From Dongiaceae bacterium (GTDB taxonomy: Bacteria > Pseudomonadota > Alphaproteobacteria > Dongiales > Dongiaceae): DNA of 64,000 bases. The stretch covers positions 1,258-65,257 of the forward strand of contig DATEOK010000250.1 of NCBI GenBank assembly GCA_035274225.1, in the 5' to 3' direction. The notes below the pieces were generated by a model. It searched no databases, was not told where the DNA came from, and saw nothing but the letters and a program-made list of their open reading frames with translations. The translations under genes and the position numbers were made by a program. Numbering within the stretch: position 1 is the first letter of the stretch; each line of letters starts with the position of its first letter. This document shows positions 9,257 to 18,689 of this stretch, in pieces.

Positions 9257-9943
9257 GTGAAGGTAAGCGTCATCATCCCGGTCTACAACGGCAGCAAGTA
9301 TCTCGCTGCCACGCTCGAGACGGTGTTGGGGCAGAGCTATCCGCTGCACGAGATCATCGTCATCGATGACGGCTCGACCGATTCCTCGCCGTCGATCCTG
9401 AGCGGGTACGGGGAGCGCTTGCGCGTCACGCGGCAGAGCAACCGTGGCGTCGCGGCGACGCGCAATGTCGGGCTGCAGCAGGCGTCAGGCGAGTTGATCA
9501 CCTTCATCGATCAGGACGACCTGTGGCCCGTCGACCGGACCAAGATTCTGGTCGAGGCATTGCAGGCCGATCCCAAGGCCCAGGTGGCGACGGGCCTGGT
9601 GGATATCCTTTATGAACGCGCGCGGCCGGCGAGCCCGCTCGACAACTTCAGCACGACGATGCGCGAGTATTTTGTAGGCTCCCTCCTAATCAGGAAGGAG
9701 GTCTTCGACATCCTCGGCCCGTTCCACACCGGGATCGGCTATGCCGACGATGTCGATTTCATGATGCGCCGGCGGGAGGCAAACATCGCGACCGTGTATG
9801 TCGACCAGGTCACGTTGAAATACCGCTTGCATGAAGAGAACACCTCCGGAGACCGCGACGTGACCAACCGGCACCTGATGGCCGCCCTGCGCGAATCGCT
9901 GCAGAGGCGCCGCAAGGCCGGAGGGCAGCCGCCGAATGCATGA
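9257..9943 (+). CDS. Family 2 glycosyltransferase (short, soluble type)
   Basis: It contains VSVIIPVYNGSKYL, VIDDGSTDSS and the DxD motif DQDD. The GTG at 9257 lies 7 nt after a GAGG. It is a paralog of the next gene. Confidence 0.8.
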   Translation: MKVSVIIPVYNGSKYLAATLETVLGQSYPLHEIIVIDDGSTDSSPSILSGYGERLRVTRQSNRGVAATRNVGLQQASGELITFIDQDDLWPVDRTKILVEALQADPKAQVATGLVDILYERARPASPLDNFSTTMREYFVGSLLIRKEVFDILGPFHTGIGYADDVDFMMRRREANIATVYVDQVTLKYRLHEENTSGDRDVTNRHLMAALRESLQRRRKAGGQPPNA

Positions 9944-9979
9944 TGCGGATGCAGGGCGTGAGCCGGTTGGAGCGGCGGC

Positions 9980-10672
9980 ATGAGGATCTCGGTCATCGTG
10001 CCGCTCTACAACACGCGAGCCTACATTGCCGATGCGATCGACAGCATCCTCGCGCAGACCCGGCCGCCCGACGACGTGGTCGTCGTCGACGACGGATCGA
10101 CCGACGGTTCGCCGGACCTGGTGGCCGGCTACGCCCCGCGCGTCCGCCTGTTCCGCCAGGCCCACGCCGGATCAGCGACGGCCTTGAACCGGGGCATCGT
10201 CGAGACGACCGGAGAAACGATCGCTTTCCTCGACGCCGACGACCTGTGGGAGCGGGACAAGCTGAAACTGCAGGAAACGGTCCTGCACGCGGAGCCGGAG
10301 ACCGATTGCGTCTTCGGCCTGGTGCAGCAGTTCGGCCAAGGCAAGATTCGGCGGGAACCGCAGCGCGGCGTGTCGCGCATCAGCATGCTGATCAGACGTA
10401 CCGCATTCGAGCGATTCGGCTTGTTCGACACAACGCTCCGTGTGGCCGACTTCGTGCCCTGGTACGCCCATGCTGTCGCGATGGGCCTGAAGATGCGGAT
10501 GGTGGAACGCGTTGTCGCCCACCGGCGCCTTCACGACACCAATTCCGGGATCACGCGGCGCGGCGAGCAGCAGCAGGAAAGCCTGCTCGGCCTGAAGCAG
10601 GCGCTGGATCTGCGGCGGCGGCGATCCAGCCCGGCTCCGTCTGAAGACGGGAAAGCGCGCGATCGGGACTAG
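9980..10672 (+). CDS. Family 2 glycosyltransferase (tandem paralog)
   Basis: It contains ISVIVPLYNTRAYI, VVDDGSTDGS and the DxD motif DADD. The stop overlaps the stop of the convergent gene in a CTAG. Confidence 0.8.
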   Translation: MRISVIVPLYNTRAYIADAIDSILAQTRPPDDVVVVDDGSTDGSPDLVAGYAPRVRLFRQAHAGSATALNRGIVETTGETIAFLDADDLWERDKLKLQETVLHAEPETDCVFGLVQQFGQGKIRREPQRGVSRISMLIRRTAFERFGLFDTTLRVADFVPWYAHAVAMGLKMRMVERVVAHRRLHDTNSGITRRGEQQQESLLGLKQALDLRRRRSSPAPSEDGKARDRD

Positions 10673-12582
10673 GTAGGCGAGGAATTCGGCGCCGGAGTGA
10701 GCGAGATGCGGCGGACCTGCAGCCCCTCCTTGCGCCGGCGTGCGGGAGTCTCGATCTCGAACCGGACTTCGATCTCTTGCCCCGCCGGATAGTGCGCCGA
10801 AATCGGAACAGAGAGCGTCAGCTCCTTGGTCGATGGCGGCGCGCTGAACGGCCGGCCGGGCCGGTCATTGACGAAGAGGCGGCCCGATATGCCCTGCGCG
10901 TTCGCCGCGACGTCGGCGATCTCGATCTGCAGGCTTGACCCGGGCTCCATGTCGCGGGCGGCTCGCCAGCGCAGCACGGCGGTCGATCCTTCGCTCCAGC
11001 ATCCCTGCGCCTCGGGCCTGGACCAGCCGTGCCAAAGCACGTCGAGATCGGCACTGCCGCGGGCAAGATCGAGCGGCTTCGCGGCCGGGTCGCGCAACAC
11101 CGGGTCGACGGAAATGTGCGTGACAAAAACCCCCAGTGCCCGGGTGTCGCCGTTGAAGCCGGTCTCGATGGGGGAAATTGGCCGGCGGCACTTGAAGCGG
11201 AGCACGGCGGTTTCGCCGCGCCAGATCGAAGGCGGCAGCAGGATCTGCTGGGCGAACGGTCCCGCGCCCGACTTGCGCCAGCGCAGAGTGCCGAGGCGGC
11301 GCCACCCGGCGAAGACGGTGACGACATGGGCGGCGGTGGCGTGGTGCGCGAACGGCTTGCCGCGGAACGACAAGCTCGCCGGGCGCGTCCCATTCGCCGC
11401 GTAGAGCGCGCAGGATGCCAGCTTTCCTTCTGTCCAGCGGCCGGCTGCTTCCGGCGCGGACCAGCCTTGCAGATAGGTGATCGGCTCGCCGCGATCGTTC
11501 TGGATGAACGTGCGGCTGCCGCCGAACGAGCCCAGCATCGATGCGGCCAGAATCGGAATCGCCTGCCAGGCGGATCGCTGCGATTGCACGAGGCTGCGCC
11601 GCCGGATGTCCTGCAAGGCGAGCAGCAACTCGTCCGGGACCGAGCGGGCAGCCGGTCTCGACAAGCGGATTCGGCATTCGAGGCGTTGCAGGACGGCCAG
11701 CGGCTGCCGAAGCCTTTGCAAGGCCGCGCCGGGAAACTCAAGCCCCGCCTTGTCGCGCGCGTTCTCGAGGGCGCGGCCCACCGCGAAGCCGAAGCGATAG
11801 CGAAGCGCGGTGTCCACCAGCCTGTCCCAATCGAACGCGGCCGCCGTGCGGCGAAGGATCTTGATGGTGTCGATCAGCCAGTCGTATCGCGGGAACGGCG
11901 ACCATTCCAATCCGTGGACGATGGCATGAAAGACCAGGTGCTCCGGACAGGGCACGCGGCACGATCGGCCGGCGAAATCCACCGGTCGCGCCGCCGCGAA
12001 CATGTCGCGCGCCAGCTCGTCCGCGCCGACCGCCCGCAGCGGCCGCCAATGGAGGTCGACGGCAGCATGCCGATTGCCGCGCAGCGCGAGGGTGATGCCG
12101 TGGGCGACATCGACGTCGCGCGGCCCGGCCATGCCGGGCGTGAGCAAGTTCGCGCGCGCGAGCAAGTCGACCACCTCGAGCGCGCGGTCCCTCGGCACCA
12201 GCAGGTCGCAGTCCGACATCGCGCGCAGGCCGGGATCGTCATCGATGCTGGAGGCGATGGCCGCGCCCTTGAGCAGCAAAACCGGCACCTGGGCCCGGTC
12301 GAGGATGTCGAGCAACATCCCGCAGCTGGCGACCAGGAACTGGTTCTTGATCCAGTGGTGGCGGGCGGTGCCCTTCAGCCGGGCGTGCAGCGTGCGGTCG
12401 CGGATGCTTGCTCCGAGGTTCCAGTAGACCTGGGGGAAGAGGTTGGCGTCGGTGCCGCGGACCTGATCGAAGTCGGTGATGTTGGCCCACCACGCATCCA
12501 GCGCGGCCGCGGCCACCGCCTTGTCACGGCACATGGCGGCGTTGAGCAAAAGGACTTGCTGCTGGCCGATCCCAAAATCCAC
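10669..12582 (-). CDS. PF14907-like (NTP_transf_5) nucleotidyltransferase with two C-terminal GWS-PEA-G-W-EG modules
   Basis: The N-terminal half carries VPVLLLKGAA, RAMSDCDLLV and AAVDLHW, as in uncharacterised nucleotidyltransferases. I chose the GTG at 12582 because it is preceded by GGGGGAG; a TTG at 12678 is an alternative. Confidence 0.75.
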   Translation of the reverse strand: MDFGIGQQQVLLLNAAMCRDKAVAAAALDAWWANITDFDQVRGTDANLFPQVYWNLGASIRDRTLHARLKGTARHHWIKNQFLVASCGMLLDILDRAQVPVLLLKGAAIASSIDDDPGLRAMSDCDLLVPRDRALEVVDLLARANLLTPGMAGPRDVDVAHGITLALRGNRHAAVDLHWRPLRAVGADELARDMFAAARPVDFAGRSCRVPCPEHLVFHAIVHGLEWSPFPRYDWLIDTIKILRRTAAAFDWDRLVDTALRYRFGFAVGRALENARDKAGLEFPGAALQRLRQPLAVLQRLECRIRLSRPAARSVPDELLLALQDIRRRSLVQSQRSAWQAIPILAASMLGSFGGSRTFIQNDRGEPITYLQGWSAPEAAGRWTEGKLASCALYAANGTRPASLSFRGKPFAHHATAAHVVTVFAGWRRLGTLRWRKSGAGPFAQQILLPPSIWRGETAVLRFKCRRPISPIETGFNGDTRALGVFVTHISVDPVLRDPAAKPLDLARGSADLDVLWHGWSRPEAQGCWSEGSTAVLRWRAARDMEPGSSLQIEIADVAANAQGISGRLFVNDRPGRPFSAPPSTKELTLSVPISAHYPAGQEIEVRFEIETPARRRKEGLQVRRISLTPAPNSSPT

Positions 12583-12746
12583 AGACTGCTCCCCCGAAAG
12601 CCCGAGCCTTATATCAGATGTTGCGGAAGGCAACGAGCGTGGCGCTGCCGTTCCTATCTGCCGGCGGCGGGCCGGCAATGTGATTGGCGATCGCCGCGAA
12701 GGGCATTACTCTGGCCACCGAGGGCGGATGGCAGGGAGGCGTTGCC

Positions 12747-13547
12747 GTGCAGCGAAGCGTGCGTGTCCTCGCGATGGTTGTCTGGGCGGCCGTGCTCTGG
12801 GCGCCGCCGGCGGCCCGGGCGGCCGACATGCCGGTCGACCTCGAGCTCATCCTCGCGGTCGACGTGTCGCGGTCGATGGACATCGACGAGCAGCAGTTGC
12901 AGCGCGACGGCTATGTCGCGGCGATCACCCATCCCGAGGTGATCGAGGCCATCACCCAGGGCCGGAACGGCAGGATCGCGCTCACCTACGTTGAGTGGGC
13001 GGGGCCGGACACGCAGTACAAGGTGGTGGACTGGCGCGCGATCGACGGGCCGGAGTCGGCCAGGGCCTTCGCCGCCGCGCTGGCGCAGGCGCCGATCCAG
13101 CGCTTCCGCGGCACCTCGATCTCCAACGGCCTGGTGTTCGTCGCGCCGCAGTTCGACCACAACGGCTTTGCAGCGACGCGCCGCGTGATCGACGTGTCGG
13201 GCGACGGGCCGAACAACATGGGCATCCCGATCGAGGTGGCGCGCGCGCCCGTCCTCAGCGCCGGCATCACCATCAACGGCCTGCCGATCATGATCAAGCA
13301 GCCGGGCGGCTTCGCCGCGATCCCCAATCTCGACGCGTATTATGAGCAGTGCGTCATCGGCGGGTTCGGCGCCTTCCTGGTGGTGGTGCAGTCCGCCGAC
13401 CAGTTCGCCGAGGCGATCCGCCGCAAGCTGGTGCTCGAGATCGCCGGCCGCGAACCGCAGATCATCCCGGCCGCCGCGGTGGCGAGCGACGAGCGCATGG
13501 ACTGCCTGATCGGCGAGAAGCTGCGCGAGCAGTGGATGCGCGAATAG
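12747..13547 (+). CDS. Exported vWA-like DUF1194-type protein
   Basis: A signal peptide ends in ARAAD. A MIDAS-like motif LAVDVSRSMD is present. The GTG at 12747 lies 7 nt after GGGAGG. Confidence 0.7.
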   Translation: MQRSVRVLAMVVWAAVLWAPPAARAADMPVDLELILAVDVSRSMDIDEQQLQRDGYVAAITHPEVIEAITQGRNGRIALTYVEWAGPDTQYKVVDWRAIDGPESARAFAAALAQAPIQRFRGTSISNGLVFVAPQFDHNGFAATRRVIDVSGDGPNNMGIPIEVARAPVLSAGITINGLPIMIKQPGGFAAIPNLDAYYEQCVIGGFGAFLVVVQSADQFAEAIRRKLVLEIAGREPQIIPAAAVASDERMDCLIGEKLREQWMRE

Positions 13548-13609
13548 CGGGATCCGTGGTCGCATTTTCTGCGCCCAACCGGCGTCCACTTCGGCGGAAA
13601 ATGCTCCGG

Positions 13610-14455
13610 CTAGTCGGCCGCGGCCTCGCCGGGCTCGGCGCGCACGTCCGCCTTGGTCAGATGGATCACGATATTGCCGAGCGCGATCGCGCCGTCATAG
13701 CGCACCGGCACGGGCGGCAGGTCCGGCCGGATCGCCGCGACCCAGATCGTCGGCGCCGACGACGGGGCATCCCATTGGCGTTTCGATTTCCAGCTTTTCC
13801 GGAATCCGGAGATCCGTTTCATGCTGACGCTGCAGCGCACGGCCCGGCCTTGATAGATAGAATAGTCGTTGGGGGGCAGCGTCGCCTCGTCGACCTGCTT
13901 CAAGGTAAGGTCGTAGCGGCGCTGGCCGTCGAACACCGGCAGGGTCTGGTCGCAGCGGCCGCTCTCCGCCAGCGCCCGGCTGGCGGCGACGGCGAGGCTC
14001 AGCGGATCGACGGTTCCCTCGGGCAGCGTCTCTGGCAAGCCGCCTTCGATGTCGGGGTCGGGTTCCGGCGGCGGTGTCCGCAGCAGCGCATAACGGCCGT
14101 CCCCGGCAAAACCGAGATCGACCGTTCGCCGCGTGCCCTGCCATGCGGAGTCCGTGACATAGCGCAATGGCTCGATCCGGTCGTTGTGCTCCAGTCCCTC
14201 GGCGGCAAGCTTCACGTCCCAGCGGTACAGCCAGCCGACCATGCCCTCGGTCTCGCCTTCAGCGCTCACGCGGTAGCGGTCCGGCCGCAATGTCATGGCG
14301 ACATCGAGCGTGAAGATGTGCAGGCCGCCGAGATAGACGTCGTAGGTCAGGTCCATGGTGCGCGCCGACGAAGTCTCGGCCGCGCGGGCAGGCGGTGCCG
14401 CTGCCATCGCGGTGCCGACACATAGAAAGATGAAGCAAGCGGTCAGGCGAGACAT
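13610..14455 (-). CDS. Exported hypothetical protein (DUF3108-like)
   Basis: Signal peptide MSRLTACFIFLCVGTAMAAAPPARA is present and codon bias is good. The family call is from memory only. Confidence 0.6.
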   Translation of the reverse strand: MSRLTACFIFLCVGTAMAAAPPARAAETSSARTMDLTYDVYLGGLHIFTLDVAMTLRPDRYRVSAEGETEGMVGWLYRWDVKLAAEGLEHNDRIEPLRYVTDSAWQGTRRTVDLGFAGDGRYALLRTPPPEPDPDIEGGLPETLPEGTVDPLSLAVAASRALAESGRCDQTLPVFDGQRRYDLTLKQVDEATLPPNDYSIYQGRAVRCSVSMKRISGFRKSWKSKRQWDAPSSAPTIWVAAIRPDLPPVPVRYDGAIALGNIVIHLTKADVRAEPGEAAAD

Positions 14456-14602
14456 TCGCGCGATCCCTGCGGTGCGACAGCACCGATCATAGCCATACCG
14501 GGTGCCATATGAACACCATTTGCGGCCGGTCGTCCCGCGCGTCAGCCCCGGTTGCTTGTGCGGCCGGAGTGGCGGATCATGGGCGCGTCAAGGGAGGGGC
14601 CG

Positions 14603-14977
14603 ATGTCACAGATCCGTCAGACTCTGGAGGGGCTTTGCGACGCCTTCAACGCGCATGATCTCGACCGGATCATGAGCTATTTCGCGGATGACTGCGTGCT
14701 GGAAATGCCGAGGGGAAGTCAACCCTGGGGTGCTCGATCGGAAGGCAAAGGGAACGTGCGCAAGGCCCTGGCCGGACGGTTTGAAGGGCTGCCCGATGTT
14801 CACTACGCGAATGCGCAGCATTTCGCCGATGATGGCGCCAACACTGGCATGTCGAAGTGGACCTTGACCGGAACTCGCCGCGATGGACAACGGATCGAGG
14901 TGTGGGGCTGTGATTTCTACACCTTCCGGGCCGGCAAGGTGACGCGCAAGGACTCCTATTGGAAGATCGTGGAGTAG
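14603..14977 (+). CDS. SnoaL/NTF2-like fold protein
   Basis: The N-terminus LEGLCDAFNAHDLDRIMSYFADDCVLE is typical of SnoaL-like proteins. An AGGGAGGGG SD lies before the ATG at 14603. Confidence 0.7.
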   Translation: MSQIRQTLEGLCDAFNAHDLDRIMSYFADDCVLEMPRGSQPWGARSEGKGNVRKALAGRFEGLPDVHYANAQHFADDGANTGMSKWTLTGTRRDGQRIEVWGCDFYTFRAGKVTRKDSYWKIVE

Positions 14978-14981
14978 CCTG

Positions 14982-15449
14982 CTAGCTCTTGTGGATCGGG
15001 TCGATCCACTTGACGGCCTCCGGCTGCTCGACCGGCGCGATGTCGAGGTTGACCACCACCGCCTCGCCGTCGCTGCGCACCAGCACGCATTCCAGCGTCT
15101 CGTCTTGCGAGGCGTTGATCTCCTGGTGTGGCACGAACGGCGGCACATAGATGAAGTCGCCGGGTCCAGCCTCCGCCACGAACTCGAGCTGCTCGCCCCA
15201 GCGCATCCGCGCCCTGCCGCGCACCACGTAGATCACGCTCTCCAACGGCCCATGATGATGCGCGCCGGTCTTGGCGTTGGGATGGATATGGACCGTGCCG
15301 GCCCACAGCTTCTGCGCGCCGACCCGCGCGTAGTTGATGGCGGCGCGGCGGTCCATGCCCGGCGACTGCGCGGTATTGGTGTCGAGCGCATTCGCTGGGA
15401 TGACGCGCACGCCGTCGTGCTTCCACTTGCTGCCTGGATCTTCTGGCAT
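14982..15449 (-). CDS. Cupin domain protein
   Basis: The cupin motifs GAHHHGPLESVIYVVRG and GDFIYVPPFVPHQ are present. Start taken at the ATG at 15449. Confidence 0.7.
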   Translation of the reverse strand: MPEDPGSKWKHDGVRVIPANALDTNTAQSPGMDRRAAINYARVGAQKLWAGTVHIHPNAKTGAHHHGPLESVIYVVRGRARMRWGEQLEFVAEAGPGDFIYVPPFVPHQEINASQDETLECVLVRSDGEAVVVNLDIAPVEQPEAVKWIDPIHKS

Positions 15450-15583
15450 CGGTGCCCTCGCTCGGACTGAAGTCCAGGTCAGCTCACCCGATCGTCCCGG
15501 CCAAGGCAACCGAAAAATGCCCTATGCGCCCCCGGCCGCGTGACCCCGCCTGGAAGACCCGCTTTGGCACTATCGGTCAGCCC

Positions 15584-15633
15584 TTGACAGGCAAGTAAAA
15601 ACTTGCCTATGCTTCAAGCAAGCAATTACTTGC
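15584..15633 (+). promoter_or_regulatory. Sigma70-like promoter with two ArsR-type operator palindromes
   Basis: TTGACA (15584-15589) is separated by 18 nt from TATGCT (15608-15613). The spacer is the perfect palindrome GGCAAGT-AAAA-ACTTGCC (15590-15607). A second palindrome GCAAG-CAATTA-CTTGC lies at 15618-15633, 10 nt before the arsR-family ATG. Confidence 0.45.
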
Positions 15634-15642
15634 ATATAGAGC

Positions 15643-15975
15643 ATGGCAAAGCGCCGCGACACCGACATGCTGTTCAAGGCCCTGGCCGATCCCGGGCGCC
15701 GCAAGCTGTTGGACCTGCTGCATGCGCACGACGGCCGCACGCTCAGCGAGCTGTGCGAGCACCTGGACATGACGCGGCAGGGGGTGACGCAGCACCTGGA
15801 CCTGCTGGTTGAGGCGAACCTCGTCGCCACCGTGCGGCGCGGCCGCGAAAAGCTGCACTTCCTCAATCCGGTGCCGCTGCAGGAAATCTACGAACGCTGG
15901 ATCGCCAAGTTCGAAAAACCGCGCCTCAAGGCGCTCTCGGACCTGAAACACCGACTGGAGAAAGACGATGCCTAG
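15643..15975 (+). CDS. ArsR/SmtB family transcriptional regulator
   Basis: A winged-HTH region LADPGRRKLLDLLHAHDGRTLSELCEHLDMTRQGVTQHLDLL is present. It overlaps the downstream SRPBCC gene. Confidence 0.85.
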   Translation: MAKRRDTDMLFKALADPGRRKLLDLLHAHDGRTLSELCEHLDMTRQGVTQHLDLLVEANLVATVRRGREKLHFLNPVPLQEIYERWIAKFEKPRLKALSDLKHRLEKDDA

Positions 15976-16429
15976 ATCGACTTTCGTTTATGTGACCTAT
16001 ATCCGCACCACGCCGGAGAAGCTGTGGGCAGCGCTGACCGACGCGGAGTTCATGAAGCAGTACTGGTTCGGCTGCCACTGCGAAAGCCAGTGGACGGCCG
16101 GTTCCCCGTGGCAGCTGGTGTCCGGCGACGGCCAGGTGCTCGACAGCGGCGAAATCGTCGAGGCCGATCCGCCGCGACGCCTGGTGATCCGCTGGCAGAA
16201 CCTGAGCAAGCCCGAACTCAAGGGCGAAGGCGCATCGCTCTGCACGATGGAACTGGAGCGCAGCAGCACGGCGGTCAAGCTCTCCATCAGCCACACCATC
16301 GAGCGCGATCCGTCGAAGTTCGTCGCGGCGGTGTCCGGCGGCTGGCCGAAGATCCTCTCCAACCTGAAATCACTGCTGGAGACCGGCGCCATCGCTCTGG
16401 AGGAAGCCTATCCGGGCAATCAGCGGTAG
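15968..16429 (+). CDS. SRPBCC/AHSA1-domain protein
   Basis: The N-terminus I-x-T-x-PEKLWAALTD and a Trp-rich core are present. It shows the classic ArsR-AHSA1 gene pairing. Confidence 0.8.
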   Translation: MPRSTFVYVTYIRTTPEKLWAALTDAEFMKQYWFGCHCESQWTAGSPWQLVSGDGQVLDSGEIVEADPPRRLVIRWQNLSKPELKGEGASLCTMELERSSTAVKLSISHTIERDPSKFVAAVSGGWPKILSNLKSLLETGAIALEEAYPGNQR

Positions 16430-16448
16430 ATGCCTGCGACGTACGGCC

Positions 16449-17240
16449 CTATGCGCCGGCTGATCTCGATTTGCGTCCCGCGCGCATCACTTCTCCGACG
16501 ATGCGGCTGGTGTCGCCCAGCAGCTTGCGCACGGCGGCGCGGGCGGCGTTGGGGCGGCGGGCGCGGATGGCGGTGAGGATGCGTTGGTGGCCGGGCAGGG
16601 TGCGGCCGACGTCGCCCTTCTGCCGCGCTGTGTAGGTGAACATGCTGCCGAGCGCGGATTCGATGACGAGACCGAGCGGCACCAGCAATTCGTTGCCGGC
16701 GGCTTGCAGGATCGCGAAGTGGAACTTGACATCGGCCTCGTTCCACGCCGCCAGGGTCTTGGCCGCGGCCATCGCTTCATAGGCCGCTTCGATCGCCAGC
16801 AGCTGCTCGGGCGTGTGGTTGGCGGCGGCGAGCGCGGCGGTCTCCGGCTCCAGGATCTCGCGCACCTGCTGCATGTGGGCGAGGAAATGCGACTGCTTGG
16901 CGGCCGCCACGTACCAGCCGAGCACGTCCCGGTCGAGCAGGTTCCACTCGGCGCGCGGCAGCACGCGCGAGCCGATGCGCGGGCGCGAGATGATGAGGCC
17001 CTTGCCCATCAGCATCTTGATCGCCTCGCGCACCGCGGTGCGGCTGACGCCGAAGCTCTTGCACCACTCCGCCTCGTTGGGCAGCAGGGTGCCAGGCGCG
17101 AACTCGCCGTTCAGGATGCGCGCGCCGATATCCTGTGCGACGCTGCGGTGCAGGCTGCCGCGCGGCTCCTTCTCGGACCCCCGTCGGCCGGCGTTTGGCG
17201 GCGCTTTCAGTGCCTTGGACGCGCTCTTTTGAGGCTTCAT
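16449..17240 (-). CDS. GntR family (FadR/FCD type) transcriptional regulator
   Basis: The HTH region [25 protein letters not shown] and an FCD-like C-terminus are present. It is divergent from chvE. Confidence 0.85.
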   Translation of the reverse strand: MKPQKSASKALKAPPNAGRRGSEKEPRGSLHRSVAQDIGARILNGEFAPGTLLPNEAEWCKSFGVSRTAVREAIKMLMGKGLIISRPRIGSRVLPRAEWNLLDRDVLGWYVAAAKQSHFLAHMQQVREILEPETAALAAANHTPEQLLAIEAAYEAMAAAKTLAAWNEADVKFHFAILQAAGNELLVPLGLVIESALGSMFTYTARQKGDVGRTLPGHQRILTAIRARRPNAARAAVRKLLGDTSRIVGEVMRAGRKSRSAGA

Positions 17241-17482
17241 CCGGCGGCCTACCCCCTCCCAGTGTTGCCGTCATTTATCATACAAACGATGATTGCCGCC
17301 AACTATTTTATATGATAAAAGCCGCGATTAAGAAATCGGCCGTTTCCCGCCATGGGCAAGGGAAGCGCACGGACGGAGGACCAACTGATGACATCGCCGC
17401 GAGACGTGACGCGCCATTTCCGGCGCCGCCGGCGCATCTGATCGACGCAAGTTCAACAATCCAAGCACGTGGGAGGAACAAC

Positions 17483-18550
17483 GTGAAGCTGACCAAGACT
17501 TTCATGACCATGCTGACAGCGGGCATGCTTGCCCTGTCGTCGCAGGCGATCGCGCAGGACAAGGGTACGATCGGCATCTCGATGCCGACCAAGTCCTCGG
17601 CCCGCTGGATCGCCGACGGTGACAACATGGTGAAGGTGTTCACCGAGCTGGGCTACGGCACCGACCTGCAGTACGCCGAGGACGACATCCCGAACCAGCT
17701 GGCGCAGATCGAGAACATGGTGACCAAGGGCGTGAAGGTTCTGGTCATCGCGGCGATCGACGGCACCACGCTCAGCGCCATCCTGCAGCAGGCGCACGAC
17801 AGCGGCGTCAAGGTCATCGCCTATGACCGCCTGATCCGCGACTCCGCCAACGTCGACTACTACGCGACCTTCGACAATTTCCAGGTCGGCGTGATCCAGG
17901 CCTCCTCGATCGTCGACGGCCTCGGCCTCAAGGACGGCAAGGGCCCGTTCAACATCGAGCTGTTCGGCGGCTCGCCGGACGACAACAACGCGTTCTTCTT
18001 CTATGACGGCGCCATGTCGGTGCTGCAGCCCTACATCGACAGCAAGAAGCTGGTGGTGCAGAGCGGCCAGATGGGCATGGACAAGGTCGGCACCCTGCGT
18101 TGGGACGGTGCGGTGGCGCAGGCCCGCATGGACAACCTGCTCAGCGCCTACTACGGCGACAAGCGGGTGGACGCGGTGCTCTCGCCGTATGACGGCCTCT
18201 CCATCGGCATCCTGTCGTCGCTGAAGGGCGTGGGCTACGGCTCCGCCGACCAGCCGATGCCGATCGTCAGCGGCCAGGACGCCGAAGTTCCCTCGATCAA
18301 GTCGATGATCGCGGGCGAGCAGTATTCCACCGTGTTCAAGGACACGCGCGAGCTCGCCAAGGTCACGGCCCAGATGGTCGACGCCCTGCTGGCCGGCAAG
18401 GAAGTGCCGGTCAACGACACCAAGACCTATGACAACGGCGTCAAGGTCGTCCCGTCCTACCTGTTGAAGCCGGTCAGCGTCGGCCGCGACAACTGGGAGC
18501 AGATCCTGGTGGGCAGCGGCTACTACCCCAAGGACCAGATCACGAACTAG
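17483..18550 (+). CDS. chvE: Multiple-sugar-binding periplasmic protein (ChvE-like)
   Basis: A signal peptide is followed by [23 protein letters not shown]. The GTG at 17483 follows GGGAGG. gguA and gguB lie downstream. Confidence 0.85.
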   Translation: MKLTKTFMTMLTAGMLALSSQAIAQDKGTIGISMPTKSSARWIADGDNMVKVFTELGYGTDLQYAEDDIPNQLAQIENMVTKGVKVLVIAAIDGTTLSAILQQAHDSGVKVIAYDRLIRDSANVDYYATFDNFQVGVIQASSIVDGLGLKDGKGPFNIELFGGSPDDNNAFFFYDGAMSVLQPYIDSKKLVVQSGQMGMDKVGTLRWDGAVAQARMDNLLSAYYGDKRVDAVLSPYDGLSIGILSSLKGVGYGSADQPMPIVSGQDAEVPSIKSMIAGEQYSTVFKDTRELAKVTAQMVDALLAGKEVPVNDTKTYDNGVKVVPSYLLKPVSVGRDNWEQILVGSGYYPKDQITN

Positions 18551-18564
18551 GACACCCGTGACTG

Positions 18565-18600
18565 ATTGGCCCCGCCGACTTGGGCGGGGCCAATTCCTTT
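18565..18600 (+). terminator. Intra-operon hairpin (attenuator/terminator) after chvE
   Basis: A 12-bp perfect stem, ATTGGCCCCGCC / GGCGGGGCCAAT (18565-18576 and 18583-18594), is followed by TCCTTTC. Confidence 0.5.
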
Positions 18601-18689
18601 CATGGTTGCGACCGGCACGCATGGCCGGCTTTTTTGTTTTTAATCCGCCGGACGGCGGCGCAAGATAGGGCGAAATCGGAGACCTTCAT

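Noticed and set aside
12618-12683. A 21-codon ORF (MLRKATSVALPFLSAGGGPAM) in the divergent region next to the nucleotidyltransferase gene, considered as a possible precursor peptide.
   Set aside because: It has no SD and is very short. It overlaps the alternative TTG start region of the nucleotidyltransferase. Nothing distinguishes it from chance.
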